The translations under genes and the position numbers were made by a program. 24,000 nucleotides of DNA from Thermosynechococcaceae cyanobacterium (GTDB lineage Bacteria > Cyanobacteriota > Cyanobacteriia > Thermosynechococcales > Thermosynechococcaceae): the NCBI GenBank assembly GCA_050330855.1, contig JBHJNL010000051.1:1-24000 (forward strand), in the 5' to 3' direction. Under the pieces are notes generated by a model. That model saw nothing but the letters and a program-made list of their open reading frames with translations, was not told where the DNA came from and searched no databases. How positions within the stretch are numbered: the first letter of the stretch is position 1; the number at the start of each line of letters is the position of its first letter. This document shows positions 14,645-22,918 of this stretch, one piece after another.

Positions 14645-14881
14645 TCTTCTTCTCTCCAGCGGGAATGCAGTTTGCTCTGTTCACAGTAACAGGATAACGA
14701 AAAAAGGTTGATGGATATCGCGCCCTGATCGGCTTTTCTCCATCCTCCTTCAGCGATTCTCCATACCCTTCTGGAACTCTACAAACGGCTTCAAGCTCTA
14801 GGGTCTTGGCCCAAACTATCGCGCCCAAGGATCATTCAATGGTCTAATAAAAAGCAGTTTCAAAGAATGCGGTAGAACCGA

Positions 14882-15823
14882 ATGCTTAGTTCAGCCACCA
14901 TTGAAGTCCAGGTTCCTGCGACAACGGCTAATATTGGTCCTGGGTTTGACTGTCTAGGAGCAGCGTTAACCCGTTATAATCGCTTCCGTTTTACGATACT
15001 CGCAGAGGAGTCTTCAGTCTTTTCTCCTCATATTCAGGTCGTCGGTGCCGAGGCGTCAGGGGTAACAACGGATAAAGACAATCTGGTGTACAAGGCGTTT
15101 GCTTCTTATTTTCAGCAGCGTCAGCAGGCCGTTCCTAGCATTAAGATTCAGATTCAGTTAGGGGTGCCCCTTGCCCGTGGACTCGGAAGTTCTGCAACTG
15201 CAATTGTGGCCGGTTTGATGGGGGCTAATCAGCTATCGGGTACTCCGCTGAGCAGGTCAGAGCTTCTTTTGCAGGCGATCGCACTAGAGGGGCACCCCGA
15301 TAATGTCGCACCAGCCCTGCTGGGGGGTTGTCAGCTCGCCGCTCAAGATCAAAGCACACAGGAATGGACCCTTTGCGCTGTGAACTGGGTACCCGAAATT
15401 GTGCCCATTGTGGCGATTCCTAATTTTGAGCTTTCGACCCAGGCGGCTCGTCAGGTTTTGCCGGTTGATTGTAGCTATGCGATCGCAATTTTCAATACTG
15501 CTCACCTGGGCCTGTTGATTAAGGGGCTAGAGACGGGGCGTGCTGACTGGTTACGGGTGGCCCTTCAAGATCAGCTCCATCAACCCCATCGCCTAGCCTT
15601 GATTCCAGGGTATGCGGCGGTGACTGAGGCGGCTTCTGAGGCCGGAGCCTATGGTGTCGTGATTAGTGGGGCCGGACCGACGCTGTTGGCGTTGGGCCGT
15701 GCTGAACAGGGAGATGCGATCGCAACCGCCATGAAAACAGCATGGTCGCAGGAACTAGACGTTGAAACGACAACCTTAGCAATTGATCTCAATGGAGCCA
15801 CCGCCATCACGCTTGATTCTTAG
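14882..15823 (+). CDS. thrB: Homoserine kinase
   Basis: 313 aa. It has the N-terminal VPATTANIGPGFDCLG and the GHMP-kinase motif PLARGLGSSATAIVAG, followed by HPDNVAPALLGG and SGAGPT. Confidence 0.92.
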   Translation: MLSSATIEVQVPATTANIGPGFDCLGAALTRYNRFRFTILAEESSVFSPHIQVVGAEASGVTTDKDNLVYKAFASYFQQRQQAVPSIKIQIQLGVPLARGLGSSATAIVAGLMGANQLSGTPLSRSELLLQAIALEGHPDNVAPALLGGCQLAAQDQSTQEWTLCAVNWVPEIVPIVAIPNFELSTQAARQVLPVDCSYAIAIFNTAHLGLLIKGLETGRADWLRVALQDQLHQPHRLALIPGYAAVTEAASEAGAYGVVISGAGPTLLALGRAEQGDAIATAMKTAWSQELDVETTTLAIDLNGATAITLDS

Positions 15824-15981
15824 GTCGCTGTGAGGTTTAGAAAAGTTAACGTAACATCTAATTTACAGAGAATTTACAACGAATTGTTAGAGTTGAGACC
15901 GAAAAAGCCAACACTAGCTAAAAGCTTCGTGGGTCTTTGAAGGGCCAACGAAGTGCATCCGTCGCACGCGAGATCTAACAG

Positions 15982-18720
15982 TTGGTCGATACAGAACGAA
16001 CGGGACATGGACAACGGCTAGTCGCACTGCAAGCCGTTTTAGAGCAGCTTCGCCTTCAAGAGCAGGTGGAGCCACTGGTTGGTATTGCCCTAGATTTTAT
16101 TGAGAACGTCTTTGAGTATCCTTTAGTGTGGATTGCCACCTGTCAACCGGGGCAGCGTAACCTGCAGGGTGTTCTGGGCGCGATGCCCAATCCAGATCAA
16201 AGTGCCTGGGCACGTCAAGAACTGAAGGCGTTGCCTGGGGATCATTTTGATCACGTGTTATTGACGGGACAGCCTGCTGTGGTCGCCAACTTGCAGACCG
16301 ATCAGCGGGCCGGTCAATGGCAAGCCGTGGCCCAACGCACCAATATTGAAGGGGCCTTAATTTATCCCCTGCGCCATCAGCAAACTTCCTATGGCCTCAT
16401 GATCCTCGGCTCTCACCATTGGGGGGGCACCCCTCGGCCTGAAGACATGACCCATTTATCGATTCTGAGCAGTGCCTTGGGGGCGGCGCTCCATGCACTC
16501 CAGCCACAGCAGCAATCCTCTGAGCAGTTCTATCTCTCTCTACAGGCCACCCTCAGTGAACTCACCCTGTTGACGGGGCTTGACGAGCGGCTAACGGTGG
16601 TGATACGGCACCTCCATCAGAGCTTAATGCCCACCCAAACGAGCCTCTACTGGCTAGATTCGCAGACACAATGTTTTTGGCAGCGACTGGTTCATGGGGG
16701 AGATCAAAAGCGATCGGCTCGGGGTAAAAAGGTTATTCCCCTTGAGGTGCCCCTCTCTGAAGTGCAGCCCTTTTATCAGGCACTCAACAAACATCAGGTG
16801 GTAGCGGTCAGTGAGATTCAGGGCGTTGTGCATACCCAGGCTCCGACGCGGCTCATGCATCAGCTCAAGCGCCGTTCGCTGCTGTGTGCGCCCATCCTTT
16901 GCCAGCAGCAGCTCTGTGGCTTCTTGGCGGTCGAGGGTGCTGATCCCCGCGTCTGGAAAGATCAAGAAAAATATCTAATTCAAGCCTTTGCCCAGCTTGC
17001 GGCTTTGGCGTCCCCAACCGTGGTTGATGAAGATCAGCCCGTTGGTAAGAGTGGTCCAGCGGCATCAATATTGCAGTCTGTACTGCAGTCTGATCATTGG
17101 CCTTCAACCCAGCAGCAAATTATGGAGCGGGTCTGTCTACAGCTTCAGGCCCAGTGGATGGCGGTTCTCGAACATGATCCTGCCACAAACCGCTTTTGGA
17201 TTGTCAATCAAATTCATACTCCCAAACTGAAGCCCAGCACAGCACCCTTCCCGCCTCTCAGTGAGATTGATCGCAATATGATCCGGCGCAGTGAGGGTGC
17301 GATCGCAATGAATAATCTTGATGACGATTTGCGGTTATTGACCTGGCGACCCGCCATTGATGCCTTAGGAATTCAATCGCTCTTGGTGGCTACTACGCCA
17401 GCACAGTCCCTTGAACAGGTTCTTTTGATCGGCAGTACCCAGTCTCATCCCTGGACCTCAGCCGAAGGTAATCTGCTGCACTGTGTCGGTCAAGCCCTTC
17501 AGGCCGGTCGCCAACGATATCAGCTCCAGAGCGAACACCAGCAGCAGCAAGTATTACAGACGTTAATTCAGCAGAGCTTGAACCGGCAAACCCAAGCAAC
17601 GGACCCAGGCCAATTGATTTCAGAATCGTTGCCCAGTCTATTGGAGGTCCTCCCCGCCCCTGCCGCTGCCATTGTGCTCTGGGAATCGGGGGGTGATGAG
17701 CTAGCGGCCTGCATTGCCTTGGCCCCTCAATATGTGATTACTCCCCCTCTCGATATCGATCAAGATCCTTTACTACAGAGTCTTGCTGGTTTGGAGACGC
17801 CCCAAGTGATTGAGGGCAACTTTGTGAATATCCTCCAGAGGTCTGCAACAGAGCTGGCGACCGAAACGAGTCAGTGGCTGAGTGGCCAAAAGCTAGGGCA
17901 GGTTTTAGCGATGCCCCTCCTGGATCAAAACTCAAAGCAAAGTATCGGAGCCGTTATTTTCTGCGATAGCTGCGATCGCAAGTGGGAGCCGCTCCAGGTT
18001 GAAGTTGTGGCTCTATTAGTGCGTCATCTAGCTGAACGCTATCGGTCGATGGTGACCCTTGAATCCTATCAACAGCAACAGGCCACACTAGAGTGTCTCA
18101 ATTGGTACCAAATGCGGCAAGTCGAGCAGCACTGTGCTGTACTGCGCGATCACCATCAAGCCTTGAAAGATGCCGTGGAGCCAAACCTGCTGCCGCTCAC
18201 GAAAAGTCAAGCTACCCTTGAGCAAATCCAGCAATTATTTCAGGCCGAAGGCTGGCAGCTCCAGCTCGAAGGAGCCTCCCTGCCGGTAGCAAAACTGCTG
18301 CGCCAGTCCCTCGCTCGGATTGAAGATCTTGCCAATCAGCGTCAGCTCTGGACCCAAGTCCACAACCTCACCTCGAACTCCACCGCGACGGGCGTTCATC
18401 CCAAAGTAGGAATGGTACTCGACGAGCTGTTACTCGCTGCCTGCTATCGTTCTCAGGCAGGGCAACGGATTGATATCTGGTGTCGATTGGCAAACCCTCA
18501 ATGGCTAGAGCTGTCCATCACCGATCAAGGCCGTATCAATCCTCAACTGGTTACCGATCTGGCTCTCCTTGATGATGCTCACTCTGCGACCCTTGACTCG
18601 CCACCGGGGAAACATCTGAAAGCGTGTCAGACATTAATGCGGCTCTTGGGGGGACGATTTGAACTCTCTCAGCTTGAAGATGGACGTGTGCTGAGCCGTT
18701 TAATGTTGCCGCTTCAGTAG
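15982..18720 (+). CDS. Large multi-GAF sensor protein with a degenerate histidine-kinase-like C-terminus
   Basis: 912-aa ORF. The track start is TTG and the true start is uncertain. Several GAF-like blocks recur (e.g. ...NIEGALIYPLRHQQTSYGLMILGS..., ...RSLLCAPILCQQQLCGFLAVEG..., ...LGQVLAMPLLDQNSKQSIGAVIFCD...). The C-terminal ~130 aa resemble HATPase_c (ELSITDQGRI...LMRLLGGRFELSQLEDGRVLSRLMLPL), but the N-box Asn and the G2 box appear to be missing. Confidence 0.75.
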   Translation: MVDTERTGHGQRLVALQAVLEQLRLQEQVEPLVGIALDFIENVFEYPLVWIATCQPGQRNLQGVLGAMPNPDQSAWARQELKALPGDHFDHVLLTGQPAVVANLQTDQRAGQWQAVAQRTNIEGALIYPLRHQQTSYGLMILGSHHWGGTPRPEDMTHLSILSSALGAALHALQPQQQSSEQFYLSLQATLSELTLLTGLDERLTVVIRHLHQSLMPTQTSLYWLDSQTQCFWQRLVHGGDQKRSARGKKVIPLEVPLSEVQPFYQALNKHQVVAVSEIQGVVHTQAPTRLMHQLKRRSLLCAPILCQQQLCGFLAVEGADPRVWKDQEKYLIQAFAQLAALASPTVVDEDQPVGKSGPAASILQSVLQSDHWPSTQQQIMERVCLQLQAQWMAVLEHDPATNRFWIVNQIHTPKLKPSTAPFPPLSEIDRNMIRRSEGAIAMNNLDDDLRLLTWRPAIDALGIQSLLVATTPAQSLEQVLLIGSTQSHPWTSAEGNLLHCVGQALQAGRQRYQLQSEHQQQQVLQTLIQQSLNRQTQATDPGQLISESLPSLLEVLPAPAAAIVLWESGGDELAACIALAPQYVITPPLDIDQDPLLQSLAGLETPQVIEGNFVNILQRSATELATETSQWLSGQKLGQVLAMPLLDQNSKQSIGAVIFCDSCDRKWEPLQVEVVALLVRHLAERYRSMVTLESYQQQQATLECLNWYQMRQVEQHCAVLRDHHQALKDAVEPNLLPLTKSQATLEQIQQLFQAEGWQLQLEGASLPVAKLLRQSLARIEDLANQRQLWTQVHNLTSNSTATGVHPKVGMVLDELLLAACYRSQAGQRIDIWCRLANPQWLELSITDQGRINPQLVTDLALLDDAHSATLDSPPGKHLKACQTLMRLLGGRFELSQLEDGRVLSRLMLPLQ

Positions 18721-18728
18721 CTGAACGG

Positions 18729-19898
18729 TCACCGATTTTTTCCTTGGCTCCGCAGTGTCGTCACCGCCTCAATGATTCGCTGCGCCACCTGATTGATCTC
18801 GTCCAGCGTATTGGAGCGACCAATGCCAAACCGGAGTGAAGCCCTTGCAAGTTGAGGGTCTCGTCCCAGAGCGGTCAGGACATGGGATGGGGTTAGCTTT
18901 GCTGAGGCACAGGCTGAGCCAGAGGAGAGCGCGACATAGGGCTGCAGCGATCTCACCAATCGAGTGCCGTCTACCCCAGAGATACTGACATTTAAGCAGC
19001 CCGGTAGATGCTCAGTAGGATGTCCATTGAGATAAATGCCCTCTAGCCTCTGAAGCTGTTGCCAGAGCTGATCTCTCAAGTGAGATAGGTGTTGGCTTTC
19101 TGTTTCGAGATCAGCGAGGGCCACCTCAACCGCCTTACCAAAGCCCACAATCAGAGGGGTTGCCAGCGTCCCTGATCGCCAACCTTGCTCTTGACCGCCA
19201 CCATGAAGCTGGGGTGAGATTCTTTGCCCACGGCGGATGTAGAGCGCCCCTATTCCCTTGGGGCCGTAGAGCTTGTGAGCGGTGAGGGACATTAAATCAA
19301 CGGGATTAGACTGGACATCTAGCGGTATTTTGCCAAGGGCTTGGGCCGCATCGGTGTGCAAGATAACCTGGTGGCGGTGGCAGAGATCGCTGATGGCGGC
19401 AAGGGGCTGGAGGACTCCAATTTCATTGTTGGCCGCCATGACTGAGACTAAACTCGTATCGGGGCGTAGGGAGGTCCCTAGCTGCTGTAAGTCAATGAGT
19501 CCCTGCTCCTGGATGGGCAAATAGGTGACTTCAAATCCTAGTTTTTCTAAATAACGACAGGGTTCTATGACGGCGTTATGCTCTGTCTGTACCGTGACCA
19601 GATGACGCCCCTTCTGTAGGTAGGTTTCAGCAGTCCCCTTAATCGCGAGATTGTTCGCTTCGGTGGCACCACTAGTAAAAATAATTTCATCAGGGTTAGC
19701 ATTGATAGCCTCGGCAAGGGTCTGCCGCGCCTGCTTAACGGCAGCTTCTGCCTCCCAGCCGTAGAGGTGACTGGTGCTAGAGGGGTTGCCGGGATGCTCT
19801 GTAAAGTAGGGCAACATTGCCCCCAGCACCAGCGGATCAACCGGAGTGGTGGCTTGGTGATCTAGATAGATAGGGCGCTGGCGGTCCGGGCTTGGCAT
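18729..19898 (-). CDS. iscS: Cysteine desulfurase, class I (IscS/NifS-type, PLP-dependent)
   Basis: The motifs are IYLDHQATTPVDP, the PLP-lysine motif SLTAHKLYGPKGIGALY, and the active-site loop SSGSACAS. I prefer the ATG at 19898 (389 aa), which lies 10 nt after the upstream gene's stop and follows GGGA. The track start at 19973 would overlap that gene by 65 nt. Confidence 0.9.
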   Translation of the reverse strand: MPSPDRQRPIYLDHQATTPVDPLVLGAMLPYFTEHPGNPSSTSHLYGWEAEAAVKQARQTLAEAINANPDEIIFTSGATEANNLAIKGTAETYLQKGRHLVTVQTEHNAVIEPCRYLEKLGFEVTYLPIQEQGLIDLQQLGTSLRPDTSLVSVMAANNEIGVLQPLAAISDLCHRHQVILHTDAAQALGKIPLDVQSNPVDLMSLTAHKLYGPKGIGALYIRRGQRISPQLHGGGQEQGWRSGTLATPLIVGFGKAVEVALADLETESQHLSHLRDQLWQQLQRLEGIYLNGHPTEHLPGCLNVSISGVDGTRLVRSLQPYVALSSGSACASAKLTPSHVLTALGRDPQLARASLRFGIGRSNTLDEINQVAQRIIEAVTTLRSQGKNR

Positions 19899-19908
19899 TC
19901 CCTGAGTC

Positions 19909-22173
19909 TCAATCCCTGGCATATACCACCACTGGCACTCGCTTATAGGCAGGGGTGCCACAGCGGGGATCAATTCTGGCTTTGAATAAGATATTGGCCT
20001 CTGGGTAAAACATCAGGGCCGCTCCCGATCTGACTTTACCAAAGATAATTTCCACCTGCTCTAGCTGACCGGCATCACCCTGCACCGTTACGGGCTGATG
20101 ATTACTAAACCCTGCATTCTCTGCATCAGAGGGATTCAGCAAAATGCAGTTGCGATGGGGCATACCCCGATAGCGATCGCCCTCTCGATACACGACGGTA
20201 TTGTGTTGGCTGTAGCTGCGCCCCGTCATCAGAGCCACCACGAGACTCGGTATCGTTTCAGGAATCCCAAAGGAAGATGCCGTCGGCAAGTTTAGCGCTG
20301 GCAAGGGTGTCACCTGCATCTGAGCTTTGCCCGAAGCGGTTGCAAACTGGGGTTGGGTGAACACTCGCCCACCAATCGTAAACTCAGTCTTAGTCTGGTC
20401 AATCTCGCCAATTTTTTCATATCCAGGAATCGTCTGGGCGATCAACTGCCGGACATACTGGGTATTCTGCAACCGTCGCCAATCGACGGGACGATCGTCC
20501 AGCAGTCGATGGGCCAGCTCGGTTAAAAACGTCACTTCAGCAATTAAATCCCCCTGCTTGAGGTGAGTTTTGCCGGGATCGTTGAGACGCACAAAATTAT
20601 TCCCCGACTCCGTTGTGTTGAGATGGGGCGTCTCAAAGCGATTAAAGACCGGGATAATGATGGTGTTTCGGTTCGCCAAACCATGAAAATGTCCGAGATT
20701 TGGCTTCGTCGCCAGATAAATAACGGTTTTAATCTTCCCTAACGCGCGTTTCGCCTGGGTTAGATCTGGATTCGCTGCATAGAGATTACCACCGACACAA
20801 AGGAGTGCATCCACTTTGCCTGTAGCTGCGGCTTCGATTAATGCCCTGGCGTCATAGCCCGGAACGCGACTCAGGGATTTGCCGAGCAATGCCTCTAAGG
20901 CTTGCTGAATCTCTTTTTTCAGTTTTGTGGTGACCCCCATTGACCCAAATCCCTGCACATTAGAATGCCCTCGAATGGGCATTGTCCCGGCTCCTTCTTT
21001 TCCAGCGTTTCCGGTCATGAGGGCGGTGTTGGCAATGCTCAACACGTTATCAACGCCGTTGGCCTGCTGGGTAATGCCCATGGCCCAAGCGAATACCACA
21101 CCCTTAGCCTGTCCGATAATTTGAGCCGCAGCTTCAATGTCAGCCTGAGATACACCACAGGTTTGAGTAATTTCGTTCCAGGATGTTGTATGGACTTTGT
21201 CTATGACGGCTTCCCAGCCTTCAGTGTGGGCCTTTAAGAAGTCAAACTCCACCAGATCCATCGCCAGCAATGCCTTTTGGATGCCGGTGAACAGCGCCAC
21301 ATCACTTCCGGGGATGGGCTGCAGATAGAGCGAGGCAATATCAGAGCCGGTCAGCAAAGACTTGATGGGATAGGCAGGAGAGGCGAATTTGACCAGCCCG
21401 ATCTCTTCGACGGGGTTAATGACGATAATGTGGCCGTTGCGATCGCGAATCCTAATCAGTTCATTCAGCAAACGCGGATGGTTAGCTGGCGCATTCGATC
21501 CCACCAGCACCACACAATCTGATTTTTTAAGACTGTCTAAACTCACCATGGAGGTGCCAGAGCCAAACACCTGTTTGAGCCCTACCGTCGAGGGCGCGTG
21601 GCATAGATCAGAGCAGTCTGCGAGGTTATTAGACCCCAGCGCCCGCATCATCAACTGCAGCAAATAGGCTGCTTCATTAGAAGATCGCCCTGAGCTATAG
21701 GACGCCACGCGCTCCGGCGCATGCCGAAAGGCTTGAGTTGCGATCCCATACAGTTCGTCCCACCCTAGTCGTTCATAATGGGTCTGCCCTGCGCGAAAAA
21801 TCACCGGGAAGCTCCAGCGTCCCAAGCGATCAGCCTCTTGGGACGTAAGCTGCTGCAGCTCAGTGAGTGAATGATGCTCGAAAAACTGTTCGGTTACCGC
21901 TGGCATTAGCTCAGCAGTGATGGCTTCAACGCTCTTCATGCAGCGCTGCAGCGATTCTCCCGCCTCGTTGGTAAAGCCACCCTGCTGTCCCCCTGCACCC
22001 CAAGCACAGGAAAGACAGGCGCTTTTATGACTGAGGGTCTGCCATAGCTTTAGTCCCTTTGGAGAAAGGGTCTTAGCGGCCCAATAGTGAATAACGGGCA
22101 TACCGCCACCCACCGTGGGGAGTTGAGAACGTTCGTCTGCCATCTCACAAATACCCGCATCCAATAGCTCCAT
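19909..22173 (-). CDS. Molybdopterin oxidoreductase, FdhF/YdeP-like (formate-dehydrogenase-alpha-like, Cys-type)
   Basis: 754 aa. The N-terminal Cys cluster is KSACLSCAWG...C. DLCHAPSTVGL (Cys191-His192, codons 21603-21598) aligns by eye with the Sec/Cys-His ligand motif of FdhH (U/C-H-G-P-S). MGD-binding blocks such as VVLVGSNAPANHP are present, and the C-terminal region looks like a beta-barrel domain. The start may be the ATG at 22143 (MADERSQ...). Confidence 0.85.
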   Translation of the reverse strand: MELLDAGICEMADERSQLPTVGGGMPVIHYWAAKTLSPKGLKLWQTLSHKSACLSCAWGAGGQQGGFTNEAGESLQRCMKSVEAITAELMPAVTEQFFEHHSLTELQQLTSQEADRLGRWSFPVIFRAGQTHYERLGWDELYGIATQAFRHAPERVASYSSGRSSNEAAYLLQLMMRALGSNNLADCSDLCHAPSTVGLKQVFGSGTSMVSLDSLKKSDCVVLVGSNAPANHPRLLNELIRIRDRNGHIIVINPVEEIGLVKFASPAYPIKSLLTGSDIASLYLQPIPGSDVALFTGIQKALLAMDLVEFDFLKAHTEGWEAVIDKVHTTSWNEITQTCGVSQADIEAAAQIIGQAKGVVFAWAMGITQQANGVDNVLSIANTALMTGNAGKEGAGTMPIRGHSNVQGFGSMGVTTKLKKEIQQALEALLGKSLSRVPGYDARALIEAAATGKVDALLCVGGNLYAANPDLTQAKRALGKIKTVIYLATKPNLGHFHGLANRNTIIIPVFNRFETPHLNTTESGNNFVRLNDPGKTHLKQGDLIAEVTFLTELAHRLLDDRPVDWRRLQNTQYVRQLIAQTIPGYEKIGEIDQTKTEFTIGGRVFTQPQFATASGKAQMQVTPLPALNLPTASSFGIPETIPSLVVALMTGRSYSQHNTVVYREGDRYRGMPHRNCILLNPSDAENAGFSNHQPVTVQGDAGQLEQVEIIFGKVRSGAALMFYPEANILFKARIDPRCGTPAYKRVPVVVYARD

Positions 22174-22379
22174 TGTAATGGCAGGCTTGAGGAGGTATAA
22201 ACACCAATAAAGCCCTCGGTAATACCAAAGGCCTTATAGATAGGTGCGACCCCCCGCACGCTCAGCGAAGTCTTATGTATATTAGATTACAAATAAAAAG
22301 TGAATATATGGTGAAGATATTTTTTCTGCACAGAAAAACATAACGTCGCTCTTGCCCTGAGTGACATCATTAATGAGAC

Positions 22380-22409
22380 AAAAAAGGGCTAGCTTCAGAT
22401 CGCTAGCCC
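22380..22409 (-). terminator. Intrinsic terminator after ycf35
   Basis: The minus strand reads GGGCTAGC-gatctgaa-GCTAGCCC followed by TTTTTT (complement of 22380-22385). The stem is a perfect 8 bp and starts 25 nt after the ycf35 stop. Confidence 0.7.
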
Positions 22410-22433
22410 AATCGTCGGGAACATGAAGAAGTG

Positions 22434-22787
22434 CTAACTATGAACCAGCAACTTCACGTTTGCATTCTGCAGGCCGGGACGCTTCACCTCTGCCAGCGTT
22501 TTATTAATGGCGTACTTTTGATTAATAGAGTTGATTAACTCAGTTTGATTATGCTTTTTGGCAACGCCCCAAAGATCGGCGATGAGATCGTAGGAGCCAT
22601 CTGTATTGCGAGACCAGCCCAGATCGTACTCGCCTTCTAACATTGCAACTAGATCAGCGCGGACGCGTTGGCCGTTGTAGCCTCGCACATCGGCTTCTGT
22701 TTTAGTTGAAATGCCCAGATCGGCTAACGATGACTGCAGCACAGCAACATCGGTGATTTTGGTGCGAAGCGTACTGAAATGAGACAT
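22434..22787 (-). CDS. ycf35: Ycf35 (DUF1257) protein
   Basis: 117 aa from the ATG at 22787, which is preceded by GGAGGAAAG. The sequence MSHFSTLRTKITDVAVLQSSLADLGISTKTEADVRGYNGQRVRADLV...WSRNTDGSYDLIADLWG matches my recollection of the Ycf35/DUF1257 family. The ORF-track start at 22859 adds 24 unsupported residues. Confidence 0.8.
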   Translation of the reverse strand: MSHFSTLRTKITDVAVLQSSLADLGISTKTEADVRGYNGQRVRADLVAMLEGEYDLGWSRNTDGSYDLIADLWGVAKKHNQTELINSINQKYAINKTLAEVKRPGLQNANVKLLVHS

Positions 22788-22861
22788 TAGACTTTCCTCC
22801 GAAAATTTGAGATCGTAAACGTAACTGATTGAAAAATGAGATGAACCAATACGAGACATCT

Positions 22862-22912
22862 CTGGTGGGAATGGTGAGCGCAGCTCACCGTTTCTCCTGG
22901 TGGGAACAGGAG
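22862..22912 (-). other. Intercistronic repeat and hairpin pair between ycf46-like and ycf35
   Basis: The 10-mer CTGGTGGGAA occurs twice, 35 nt apart (22862-22871 and 22897-22906). Two perfect hairpins lie here: GGTGAGC-gca-GCTCACC (22873-22889) and CTCCTG-gtgggaa-CAGGAG (22894-22912). Neither has a U-tract on the coding (minus) strand, so they are not obvious terminators. Confidence 0.3.
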
Positions 22913-22918
22913 AAAGCC

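Noticed and set aside
14677-14692. Palindrome CTGTT-cacagt-AACAG (containing TGT-N8-ACA) considered as an NtcA or CRP-family binding site between the ferredoxin gene and thrB.
   Set aside because: The spacing is wrong. NtcA (GTA-N8-TAC) and CRP (TGTGA-N6-TCACA) both place the GT and AC dinucleotides 10 nt apart, whereas here they are 8 nt apart. I kept it only as a possible 5'-UTR hairpin of the ferredoxin mRNA.
14306-14828. Four overlapping track ORFs around the ferredoxin locus (14306-14689 +, 14326-14568 -, 14493-14711 +, 14613-14828 -).
   Set aside because: Only the 14417-14644 minus-strand frame gives the canonical CxxCxxCxxxCP ferredoxin motifs. The others are alternative-frame artefacts of the same region or of the antiporter 3' end.
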